From Blasia pusilla (lineage: Eukaryota), in NCBI GenBank assembly GCA_050084515.1, contig CM114271.1, positions 47,802,001-47,866,000 on the forward strand: a stretch of DNA of 64,000 bases. The letters are read 5' to 3'. The position numbers were made by a program, and so were the translations under genes. Below are positions 37,276 to 49,628 of the stretch, piece by piece. The notes under the pieces were generated by a model. That model worked only from the letters and a program-made list of their open reading frames with translations, did no database searches and was not told the DNA's origin. Position 1 is the stretch's first letter; each line of letters opens with the position of its first letter.

Positions 37276-40200
37276 CGTGATTTACAATTTTCTCCTCTAC
37301 TTCAAATGCAAGAAATGTTTGAAAGAGAGTAACAAGTGGACCAGGTTGGGGCAAAAACTAACATTAGTTTCCAAACTAGGATGTGAAGATGGAATAGTGG
37401 AGACCACTTTAGACATGCTTAAATCACTCTCTGTGTCGGTTAGTGTTTATGGGACATGAGGGTCTCTTATCAATGCAGATCCATCAAATGGGATTTTATC
37501 ACTACACAACTAATCAAAGCCGTTCAAAATACACGCTAACTATGGGATGTAGCCTAAGACTCTCATTCTCATTCCCAACATGTTGTCAGAATTCAACAAC
37601 CAATGATGACATGCAGTCTTGGAGATAAAGGAATTGAAAAGAGGAGAGGTGATTTGGTGAAGTTGGTAGAAAGTGAAGGATTGCAATATTTCCAACCATG
37701 ACTTAAAAGACTTGGAGCTAGGCCATGAATGAGTTAGAAGACTTGGCTCAAGAATGGGTATGTGGAGTCTTTAGAAGGCTTATGGGCCTTTGGCAACTGT
37801 ATTTAGACACACATGTTAGAAGTGAAGGAAGCCAACAAGAATGCATAAAGAAAGGAGAGAGAGGAATTCGACATATTGCAAAACGTCAGAAGTGAAGAAA
37901 CTCGGAAGCAACACATGATCAAAAAATAGAAAGAGAGAAGGAAATTAATAGAAGGCAATCATCTTGACATGCAATCTGTCGAAATCCAATGGGTTGCATG
38001 ATAGGATGTAAGAAAAAGGGGGTAAGAAAAAAGAAAGAACGAGATTACTAGAGACCCTATGAGCAACCTGTCGGAAATTAGACATGTTGTTAAACATGAC
38101 CACTATAAAGTTCTACTCGAAATTCAAATGAGGAAAAGAATGAGAGGAAATACATGACCAGTGAAAAATTGAAGGAAACAAGAACAAAACATACATGTGA
38201 AGGTAGAGAAAGGCAGGAAACACACAAGTTCCATTCAAATATGCAACCGGTCAAAATCCGACGGGTTGCAAGAATAGATTATCAGAGACATCATCCAAAC
38301 ACCATACATGGAATAGCAAAAAATCAAGTTTTGACTTGTCAAAATCCGACATAAGTTTCAGTCTATCGGAAATCAACAGCTCAAAAAAAATTCAATACTA
38401 GAGCCAAGAAAGTTTGAGAAACACATTTAAAGTCGTTTATTGAAATCCGTTTGCAATTCAGATATTTACATTGGATTTCTTTAAGTATAAACTCTAGTCT
38501 ATGATCTCTTCCATCTCGTCGTCTACAAAAATATCCCTAACTCTCATTGGTTCTTGTACAAAAGACTTCACGAGGCTAACCCTTGGCTCCTCTTGACGAT
38601 TTTAGATGAGGATTGAGGAAGAAGGGGACCTTGAGAGTCTTGGCCCCCTAGGTGGTCCATATCACCCATGTCACTCAAGATATGTCCCAACACCTATCCC
38701 AACAGGGTATCTTGTATGCTCGATCTGCAAAGTAACACCCATCCAAAACCAATATGCATTGCTCCACCTAAAACCACTATTGTCCCACTCCAAAACCTGT
38801 TTAAACCAACGAACCAATGCACTCACTTGCCATCATCAGAGAGCTCTTCCAAAATCACCGCCGGCTGTGCCCGCTCGATTTTTGGAATCACATGTAGCGA
38901 CGATGGTGTCACTACCAATAGCTCTTTTGGAGGTGGATTTTGCCGTGGAGTCAATTTCTATACTCCCAACTGCCTCTCATAATCCGCCTTGGCCTCTTGG
39001 CATACGACCAATAACTCCCTCCTCAACTCAAGGCATTGAATGTTTCGCCCACTATGCCACGCGACTCTAACACTTGTCTTGGATAACCCAACCAAATCCA
39101 TCATCAAGTCACTAGGATGCGAGTAGAGCTTCATCAAGATCTGCATTATATTAGCGCCAAGGATTTTTCACTCCCTCCTAGCAATGGCACATTGTCCACC
39201 ATGAAAATTCCTGGGGGCAAATTGTTCAACTTGCTCAAAGTGTAACCATCAGAGGAAGGATCAATTGGATCGTCGATCTCGAAAATCTCAAATCTGTACT
39301 CTGGCCGCACAAAACAGTACATATACAAATACTCGATTTGCACAAAAGAAATTGGCAATAATGTTGGTCAGCATCAAGGGGTAACAAGAGAATGAATGAT
39401 TTCTCTACCACAACCCAACGAATTTTGACGTGTTGCAAGGGTAAGACTGCACCATGTAAAAGAAAGCGGGCAAGTGTTGGGAAAAAACTGATGAGTTTGA
39501 TTCTGAGGGGCAACTCAAAATTGACCAAGGATTTTTTCCAATGTTTTGCGCAACTCTTCAAAATCCGACGGATTGCATAGAAGCCATAAAAAAACATTAT
39601 AAATCTGCAACTCGTCGGAATCCGATAGGTTGCACAGATACCACAAAAAAATAACAAATCTGCAACTTGTCGGAATGATGTAAAAATCTTAATATATGCG
39701 CAAACTGTCAAAATCCAACGGGTTGCACTTGCTGTTATGAAAAACCCATATTTGCAATCCATCGAATTCAGACAGGATGTAGAGAAATATACTTAGATAA
39801 AATCTATCGGATTTCGACGGGTTGCAAATATTTTTTTCCTAACGTACTCGAAGTTGATTTGTTAGAAATCTCAGGGGGTAGTCATTCTTGACTACCCAAG
39901 GCTGCGTCCTTTGCCACTTGAATTATCTCTTGACACACTGAAGGTTGAAGAGCTCATCTTTGCTTCCTCGAGTCAAAATAAGGAAACATCCCTTGTCATT
40001 CATGTATGCGTTGGCGAAGAAGAAGAACAACAACGTGATCTAGTTGTCAGTCAAAGGCATGGTCTAGTCTAGGACAGTGTCACATGGGTTATCATCCCAC
40101 AACCTAAATTCGGATGGCAAATCTATGTGCCAATTTGTATTCGGATGGCAAATCTATATGGAAATTTTTTGTAACTCCTTGGCGGGAGGACTCAATTGCT

Positions 40201-41274
40201 TGCTCTAGAAGATCTCTCTTCTTCTTGGAAAAATACTTTTTTTTGGGTTGCATATCTCTTCCTCGTTGAGTCCCCTTACGGCGCAATCACTTTCTTGAAC
40301 ATAAGCTGGAATCTCGGGTTCTTCTCCGGCTTATCACGGCTCCAACCAAAGTTCATAATCCGAAGGTGACTCAAAGACGTCCTCCTCCGGAACTGGCTCA
40401 ATCTTCTAGAGCTTGGCTTGAAGACTCCTAATCATGGACATGTTGAGCACCCGCAACGCATCCCAAAAGGACTATTCTCTCAGCTTGTGAGAGTTTACAG
40501 GATCCAAAACCCCGGCGGGTCGTGTATCGCCTTCTTCTCCACCCCATCCCCTCAGGATTGATTTTAATCAATCTAATTCTCGTGAATTTTGAAAGCCTAG
40601 ACAAAGCAAACCTATGCACACGATCGAGGGACACCTTCTCTCCTATGCGTCCATAGGGATCTTCATCTCTCTTTTGCTGGCGTTTGATTATTGCATTTAA
40701 CTCGTTATAAAAGTCGAGGCCGAGCTCAGGGTTTTGCATAGCAATGTGCCTCTGCATCATACTTGCTGTGTATTTTTTTGCCGCCGCCACTACAACTTGG
40801 ATGAATTTTGATTGCTCCATCATTGTAACCTTCTTCCTATGCTCAACCTCAAGTTGCGCACTTCTCTTAGTTGACTACATTTTAGACCAGCAAATAATTT
40901 TCACTATAATATCTTGGGAAATTTATGTGTGTGCCGAAGTCTTCTTCTTTATTAGTGCTCCTTTTGCAAGCATCTTTTCAAGTAATTTATTTCCCAGAAA
41001 TCCCTTGTATTGTGCAAGGTGCATCGTATGCACCTTCTTCCCCTACGCGTTGATCTTGCAAAGTTCAATCCTCTCTTAGAATTAATATCTCATGCAGCCT
41101 CTTGGTTTCTGACAGGATGCAAAAAGACTCTAGACGGAACTTGTCTACTCCAACTTAGGCCTGAAAAAACTTAGGTTTAAAAGAAGTATCCTTAGCGTGC
41201 AACCTGTCGAACTCCGACGGATTGCACCTTTCTCCTTGAGATAGAACATTATTGTACAGTATTAGAACCATCCA

Positions 41275-42531
41275 CTATATAAACTCCTCTCTCATTAAGT
41301 GTTAGAGAGAGTTTTATCAATATTAAGTAATTAGCTTAGGAAAATAAAATTGTCATATTTAAACCTCTTTATGGTACTTCATTTGTGCAGACACATCTTT
41401 AAGAAAATAGGTAATAAATGAGACATGGGAGTATAAATATAAAGTAATGGGATTGGTATATTAATAAAAGAAAAATAAAAGTAGTCTTGGTTGGTGGCTA
41501 GGGTATTTGGGGTAGTTTGGAGGATATGAAGTGAGTTGATGAGGATACTTTGGAGGAGATAACATGTTATCTACTTATGTCAATATGGGATTGGCTAAGT
41601 CTTGAGAGGAAGCCATGTGGCACAAGATAAGATTAGCTCTATTTTGTACTCTTGTGGATCTCTTGTGAGTATATAAAGAGGAGGGATCTTCAAACGTTCA
41701 TCACCTTCTACTTCATTTCTTGAGTCTCTCTTGTTGCTCTTGGATGGATGGAATTGACTTGTTTGCTCTTCCAATAAGAATGGATTATCCCTCTTGAGAG
41801 AGTGACTTGGTAGAGTTCTATTCTTTGAGAGTTTCAAGAGTCTGATATGAGATGGTTATTTGGGGAGACTTATCGTCTTAGGGGAGTTTTGTCCTACTAG
41901 GGATAGTGGATGGTTTTGGCTTGTTATTTTCCCAATGAGAATGGATTATCCCTCTTGGGAGAGCAACTCCGTCAAAATTGACTCTTGAGGACAGTAGAGA
42001 ATGTCCGCTAAGTATGGATAGGGGTGGAGCACGAATCGTATCCAATTTTCCTTTCCTTAATCCGTACCACGTCAAGGTTTTCTATGTAGATAGACATTGG
42101 TTTACTCGCTATCTAGTTTACCACTTTGGGGAGGCATTCGTAAACCAAGTGATGTAATCTCCAATTTTGGTGATTCTTTCTATTATCACGTACGGAAGGA
42201 CATGGGATTGTACTTTTTATGTACTTATATAACCATACATGGATGTTAATAGGTCTGCTTTCGAGTAGGATTTAACACTACTTGTGGTATTTTTCTTGTG
42301 GATAAACGTAAAGTAGTTTATAGGAACTTCATAGTTAGGAATTTTGGGATTCGATTTTATGAAGAAATGATTGCCTCGGCACTATCATTTGTGATACTAG
42401 TCGTGAAAAAATGAAAAATATATATGATAATTTTGTACTTCTTATAAGCTTCTTAGAGAGTTCATCTTGCATCAATGTTTGCCGTAGCTAGAAGATCCTC
42501 CCTTACTCAAAGAAAATCTCTCCATCCGACA
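41275..42531 (+). repeat. LTR-like repeat (~1.25 kb), homologous to 44016-45272
   Basis: Long shared blocks (e.g. GATTGGCTAAGTCTTGAGAGGAAGCCATGTGGCACAAGATAAG, TATA-like GTATATAAA); ends CCGACA. Confidence 0.8.
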
Positions 42532-44015
42532 ACGTTTGGTAGATGAACTTTGGGGAAAGCTGCAACCTGTCGGAGTCTGACGGGTTGCATCTTTATTCAT
42601 GAGCTAGTCCAAACCCCAGGGTAGTAGTTGGGTGGGGTAAATCGGCAACCCATTGGAGTCTGACGAGTTGCTTTGCCATAAGAGTGATACAAGTTACTTG
42701 GCCATGAGGCAACCCGTCAAAGATCGACGGGTTGAATTTTTTTTCCGTCAATTTATCATTACCATCAGTTGCCGTTGGCTATTGTCTAGTACCGTTGCTT
42801 ATTGAACGGTTTTGAGTAATGGCCGTTGATTTGGTAGGTTGATGACACCATCACTTATCTTATCGACCATTGCGTCGTCACCAGCAAGTATCCTTTTTTG
42901 GGGCTATCACATACAATCCTTCACAACCGATGTGGGTTTATTGCCATTGACATCAATACAACCCGTGGAGCCATCATAATATTGACCACTACTAATCGAC
43001 CGACAGTAAGTACTATCCAGAAGGGTAGGTGATCCCTTGATTCATGGGGTTTGAGTTTTCCTTTTGCTTTGCTATGTCTTGAGGTGGTGGCCGCTTGACG
43101 ATAATTAAATACCATGTCGTGACGTCCATACTCGCAACAGGCCGCCGATTGTCGTGTTGTGTGGCTCATGGCCACACCGCACCGTCTTGATCGTAGAACC
43201 GCACCGTACAAGATAGGCTATGCTAGGAAGCATAGCGTGTCTTGTTGATAGAGAAGGGTATATTGCTAAGTGCTGCATTCCCTCACCGAGTGCCATGTTG
43301 TTTGTAGTTGTTCCGTGCCGCACAGCACATTGAGGAGGTTTGAGCATCACCAGTAACAGGGGAGTACAACTTGCTTATTGGAGGAGATTGTCTTCATGAT
43401 GGATTTGGGATCGAGAGTTGCAATTTTTGAGGAGCCACATTGATATTTATTCACATTACCCATTCTGGTTTTTTATCCTCCATGTATGAGGGATATTTGG
43501 TGCTTATTTGGGATATTGGGTTTCATGTAGATGCCGAGAGCATCGTTGATGTATGGTTTAGGAAATATAGACCTATGTGGGATATTTAGAGTTAAGGGTA
43601 TGTTCTATCGATGAGATGATAGGATAGGATTGATTTGTCCTACCACGTCGCTTATAACCGCACATCACACGTCTCAATGAGAGAGAGTGTAGATTGAGTG
43701 CCGCATGTTTGGTTGAGTGATTGAGGGATTACTCACGAGATTGAGAGTGATCATGTGAAATGGACATGAGGATCATCACAACGTCCTTTCGGGACTTTGA
43801 GAGGCGAGGTGGTGGACTTGAGAGTAGCTCTAGAGGTTTGACGCGGAGTGGCAAGAGGTTCCAAGGGTCTCCACGTGAAGGACCATCTCAGTCTCCATCT
43901 ATGTCTTCCTTAGACTAAGGGGAGAGTGTAGAGGAGTTGATTGGTGTATAACTACACACAGCAAGTGGTCCTTCCGCTTGAGAGTACGAGATGGACGACC
44001 GTGGTAGAGCCCCAA

Positions 44016-45272
44016 TGTCATATAGTAAACTCCTTCCTCATTGAGTGTTAGATAATGTTTTATTAGTATTAAATAAATTAGCTTAGGAAAAAGAAATTCT
44101 CATCTTTAAACCTCTTTATGGTGCTTCTTTTATGCGGGCCCAACTTTAAGAAAAGAGGTAATAAACAAAAGATGACTTTATAAAAGTAAAGTTGTGAGGT
44201 TGGTGCTTTAATGAAAAGCAAAAGTAGTCTTGATTGGTGGCTAGGTTCGTTGGGATGATTTGGAAAATATCAAGTGGGTAAAAGAGGATATTTTGGAGAT
44301 AAGAGGAAATCTACTTGTGTCAAAATGTGATTGGCTAAGTCTTGAGAGGAAGCCATGTGGCACAAGATAAGATTAGCTCTATTTCGTACTCTTGTGGATC
44401 CCTTGTGAGTATATAAAAAGAAGGGACCTTCAAGGGTTCATCACCTTCTATTCCACATCTTGAGTCTCTCGTGTCACTCTTGAGTGTATGACTTTAGGAT
44501 TGCTTGCTCTTCCAATGAGAGTGGATCATCCCTCTTGGAAGAATAACTTGACCATGGTTTATTCTTCGAGAGGTTTCTAGAGTGTGGTGTGTATGTGGAG
44601 ATGAGAGGTTTATTACGTTAGAGGAGTTTAGTCATCCTAAAATAGTGAATGTTTTGGTTTGTTACTTTCTCAATGAAAATGGATTAACCTTCTTGGGAGA
44701 ATAATTCCGCCAAAATCCATTCTTGAGGAGAGTAGAGAATGTCTGTCAAACATGGATAGAGGTGGAGCTCGAGTTGTGCCCAACTTTTCTTTCCTCAATC
44801 TAAACCATGTCAAGATATTCTTTGTAGATAGGCACTGGTTCACTCGCTATTTAGTTTATCACTTTGGGAAGGCGTTCATGAACCAGGTCATGAAATCTCC
44901 AACTCTGGTGATTCTTCCTATCGTCACATATAGAAGGATATGGGATTGTACTTTGTATGTCCTTATATAGCGATCCATGGATGTCAATAGGCCTGCTCAA
45001 GTAGGGTTTAACACTAGTTGTGCTATCTTCCTCGTCTACAAGCGTAAAATAGTTTATAGGGATTTTTTAGTTAGGAGTTTTGGGTCCAATATTACAAAGA
45101 AGTGATCACCTTGGCACTTCGATTTGTGATACCTATCATGAGAGAATGGAGAGTATACATAATAATTTTGTATTGAAAAAGAAGAACTTCTCAGAAAATT
45201 CACCTTGCATCGACCACGTCTGCCGTAGTTAGAAGGCCTGCCCTTACTCGAAGAAAGGCTCTCGACACGACA
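44016..45272 (+). mobile_element. Solo LTR inserted in the leader of family X copy 3
   Basis: TGTCATAT...CACGACA; flanks CCAA and CCGG could be a 4-bp TSD decayed by two G>A changes. Confidence 0.75.
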
Positions 45273-47126
45273 CCGGTTAGGTTTTTGGGAGCTATAGGCA
45301 CGATAGAGTTGTACAACTTCAAATTCATTGCGCTGTTTAGGAGTTGGTGTGATTCACAATGGGCTAGGAACTCTAGAGAGTTCAACTCGTCTACACCATA
45401 GAACGAAATGTTCCAACACTTAGAGGGGGCGCTGATGGACGATTACCAAGAGTTCTCCTAGAGATATACTCATGAGATTGAGGCCAGGAGACTCTACTCT
45501 GACCCACACGATGTGTCATGGACTTAGCCATTTTGAGACGAGGAGGAGGAACTAGGAGAGGCTACTTCCTCTTCCACTAGTGACGTATTAGGAGGGGTGA
45601 GCCGGATTGGGGCAGTTCCATTGTCTAGTAGGGTTTGTCCTAGGTTCAATGAGTGGTTGAGTTCTTTGTGGAGTTGCAGACAAACTACCAAGGGGTACGG
45701 ACCGAGAAGTTGTGGAGCATCCACAACTTCCATAGGCGCACATGTGAGAGTTCGCATGAGGCCCTCACTCGCTTGGGTTTTTTTATTAATGTCACTCATG
45801 GGTGATAGAGTCCTAGGCTATCCAAGCATGGTACGCGATGCTGAATTGAGGCCTACGGAAGGGAGTGAGGGATGCGGTACTTCTTATGCGCACCTCATCT
45901 ACGTTGAGAGATGTTTTTAAGACTGCGGAGTGTATTGAGCACAACATGGCTGAGAAGAGTGTAGCAGCCATGGGTTCCATGCAAGAGCAGTCACGATTGG
46001 CTATAACACTAATGCAACAACGTAGATTTCAGGAGTGGACTATGGCACCACGAGATGAGGGAGAAAACCAAGAATCCATGCCATAGAGACCTGCACCATC
46101 ATATGCAGCATAGCTGCAATTGTAAGGGATTTTTTGTTGAATATGGGGTGGAGCCCATCATTAGCGGGATTGCATCCGTCAGGGTAGTGGGCGCTTGTCT
46201 CAGCAAGAAGGAGGAGATGGGCCCGCATTAGGAGTCTACTAGTGTCATCATTATCAACGATAGGTTTATGCATGCGCCAGATGTTTCAACCTACACCTTG
46301 AGTTACGCCCGGAAAAAGGGCCAAATAGGGCACCAGAGCAAGTTGCTAGTGCGGATGGGCCTAGAGGTCATGCGCTAGGTGGTCCCGTTTGGGGATGAAG
46401 AGTACGTTGGATTTTATTGAGGGGATGGTGGAGTTGCCTGTGGAGGTGGTAGAGGTCCGCCAGCTAGACGCATGGAGGGAGACGTCAGCTGTAAGGCTTG
46501 GATGGCTGCTTAGATACAACAATTGCCGTAGCAAATTGCCGCTATGGCATTGAGGTTACCTAATGCCGGATTAGTAGCATCGACGTCTTATGGAGCAGCC
46601 AGAGATATGGAGGATCCTAGTTGGAAGAGCGTAGTTGTACAGATGGAGGCATCCGTTTTTGTTACTTGTAGAGTAGCCGTAGAGTTGGATCCACATAGAG
46701 GGGAGGCCAAGAAAAAGACTAGGCTTCCTCTATCTTTCACGTTGTCTGAGGCAATGAGGACCCCATTGATGGATCCTAATCAGAGTCCTCGGAGGGTTGA
46801 TGTTGTGGGTGTGCAAGCACGAAGGGCAATGGGAGAAGAGAGTGCAACAACTCCTATTGCAAATGCTTAGGTGGAGCCCGTGTCAAGTACTTTGTTGGGG
46901 CGGGCCACTGGTATGTACCGCCCCCCATTATTTTCTGCTTCCGTTGCTACAACGTTGGGAGGTACGTCCGTCGAGGTTTTTTGGTTAGCCGCTACGCTAT
47001 GTGAGCGTGGAGTTGGTGTAACTACGTCACAATCATAGGTGATTGCAATGAAGGTGGTTGATTTGCCCTTGGAGCTTGTGCTCGGGCCATCCACCTCAGA
47101 TTCATGGCAAGTTGCGACTACTAGGA

Positions 47127-47766
47127 TGTCACGACTATTAGGATAGATCGGTGGGATCTAGCAGAGCGTCTTCACGAGTAGTGAAGGACAGGCCCAAGAG
47201 GTCAAGAATGACCTGTTGAGGCACTGAGAAACCTGAGAGAGAAGGTTTCCCCTTCGTTTCGGCTCATTTGGAGCCATATAGAGAAACTTACTATTTCGAG
47301 TAAGTTTCCATGTTGGAGATAGTTGGCTTTCTATTTTTGGTAATTGGCCCTTGACCTCCTACATCAGGTCAAGAGCCAAGGAGGTGACTTGGGAGCATAG
47401 GTTACCATGGAGAGGGCTTGGGAGAGGGGAGGGGTATACCTCAAGGAGAGAGAGCTTGAGAGCTCATTCTCTCTTTGTTGAACCTCTTGGCATGAGGCGG
47501 CGGAGCTATGGTCCCTTGCCTTGTGAGTGTAACCCAAGCCTCTCATTAGGAGAGGGGGTTTGGTTTGACATGAGAGAGAGTGCACACCTTTGAGAGCTAT
47601 GGTGTGAGATGGTGTAGAGAGAGATTGGATCTTACTTTATTGGAGATATTTTGGTACTTCTCGCTTCTGTGTATGGATGCCATGAGTTAGCATGGGATCG
47701 TGTGTGTTTGTGTGTATGTTCGATGACAACGATGTATGTTATGTAGCAATGTGTATGCGCACGACA
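47127..47766 (+). mobile_element. Solo A-B unit of family X
   Basis: TGTCACGAC...GCGCACGACA; A 47127-47640, B 47641-47766; flanks AGGA/CGGA. The empty site is visible in copy 2 at ~10243-10260 (GCTAGGATGGTGGAGATG). Confidence 0.9.
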
Positions 47767-48745
47767 CGGATGGCGGAGATGCCCGCTAGACCCGCAATAG
47801 ACCATGCTATGGTGTTACCAAGTGTTGTCTTTTTGGATAACCAAGGAGAGGTCTTCTATTTGGTGAGTCTAGGAGGTAGGTTTTCTTTTTTGCAGCGCAT
47901 CTTGTTGGATTTTGGAGCATAACCCCTGATGTTGGGGAAAGCGGCATTTACAAGGTTGGGCTTGACGAGGGCCGATCTGAAGCGTTGCCCGTTCAGAATA
48001 CAGACATCCTTGGGAGGAGCAAATACGACACAATTTATGACCAAACATGAGGTTGTGGTGAGGATTTGACCCGGACATCCATGCGATGAGTGCGTGGTGC
48101 GAACCAAAGCGATAATGATCAATGCCGAGTCTTATGACGTCTTCGTTGGAGATGGAGTGTTATACGTGATGGGGTTTTCTGTGGATTACTATATTGGAAG
48201 AAGTCAACATCCTACAGACTAGGATGGCACTTAGGTGATGGGCGACTTAGCTCGTTACCTATTTGATTCACGGTGGAGTGATCGAGCGAAGGCCAAGAGA
48301 GATGGCGATATTAGCAACATTCAGCGATGCCATCACTTGGCCTAGTGATTTGAGGGGCATGTCTATACGGGGGACACACCAGTACGTGAGAACTTATAGG
48401 GGAGGAGTGTTGTGGTAGCCGCATCATTCCGTGGAGAAGAGGAACTGGTGTGGGGCTCGAGTGAGGAGCTTTGACGCTTGGTTGATGAGCACGTGCACAC
48501 GACATGGAGTGAGGCATTTGTAGTAGAGCCTGAGTTTGCGTGATTGATGAGAGGAACCTCACGTAGCCGGGACTGCAACTATGATCCCATTCGACACCAC
48601 ACCAATTATGTGGCGCATCCTAAAGGAGGGTATTCGGGTGTTGGATCTCTTTGGAGGGATCAACACTAGATTGGTTGTTGTTTTGCAGACTAGAGTGTGC
48701 GTGCAGCAATATTTATATATTGAGCTTGATAAGATTGTGAGGCGC

Positions 48746-49628
48746 ATGCATATACACATCGCTACATAATCCACATTGGTGGTCACATTTACACACCAAA
48801 CAACACTGATCTTCCCAACATACCAGTCCATCCATCCATAAACAAAACAAACTCACGCAAATACATCAAGACCCGACAACAAAATCAGAGTAAAAATATA
48901 TCACTTGGCCTAAAAGTCCACTCATAAATCTACATTGGCATATCGAGCCACATCCACCCTCTACTATGAGGGAATCCGGATGCTAGCACTCTAAATCCTA
49001 CACACCCACACACATGAGCTAGAGGTGCTCCTAAGACTCGACATGAGAAAAATGGCTTGGGAAAGCCATTGCTGCCTCTATTATACCCTTGGGAAGAGCC
49101 AAAAGGCCCTCCCAACAGTAACCTACGTGCATAGGTTACTAGATGACCATTAACTCCGTCAACGAGTCATCTGACTAATTAAGACCAAAATAGGGAAATC
49201 GCCATAAATGACGTTCCCGAAGCAATAGACCTTTTGGCATCCTCGTCTGACATCTCAAGACGAAGTTACACCCAAACATCCCACTAACCCTCTAAGCCGT
49301 CGACGCGATAGAATTCTACCTATGTCTAACTAAGATGTGATAGTTGTCTTGCATATACACATCGCTGGTCACATCTACTCATAAAAAAAACCGATCTTTC
49401 CAACACATTGGTCAATCCACCGATAAACAAAATAAACTCACGCATATACATCTAGTCCCCACAACCGCCCCGCAAGCTGGCAGTTGGATCCCCCTAACTC
49501 CAAATATGTAGCACACACATATGTACCTCACATGATCTACTATCCTATACACATCTAGCACCATTGGTGCCGTCATCCCCGCAACACTGCAACGTGTTAA
49601 CACTGGAGCTACCCGCCGTATTGATCCC
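48746..49628 (-). mobile_element. 3' end of sister family Y: 3' UTR, B1' (49345-49452), AC, A2' (~48870-49342), B2' (~48746-48868)
   Basis: CATATACACATCGCT...AAACTCACGCA(A/T)ATACATC occurs twice around a ~470-bp segment. The minus-strand junction is GCAAGACA-AC-TATCACATC. Start-of-A' homologs at 53346-53452 and 59144-59635. Confidence 0.75.

Larger units (their letters stand above)
42750..48745 (+). mobile_element. Family X copy 3 (5' half): leader, gag, protease, start of the DNMT domain; interrupted by two solo insertions and truncated by family Y
   Basis: 42750-43440 is homologous to the leader at 6400-7100; 46340-48745 is colinear with 9440-11215; RILLDFGA*PLMLG at ~47895; ILKEGIRVLDLFGGINTRLVVVLQ...YLYIELD at ~48617-48730. 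Confidence 0.85.

Noticed and set aside
37969-42735. CRISPR array
   Set aside because: Repeats are irregularly spaced and degenerate, with no cas genes, in a plant repeat context.
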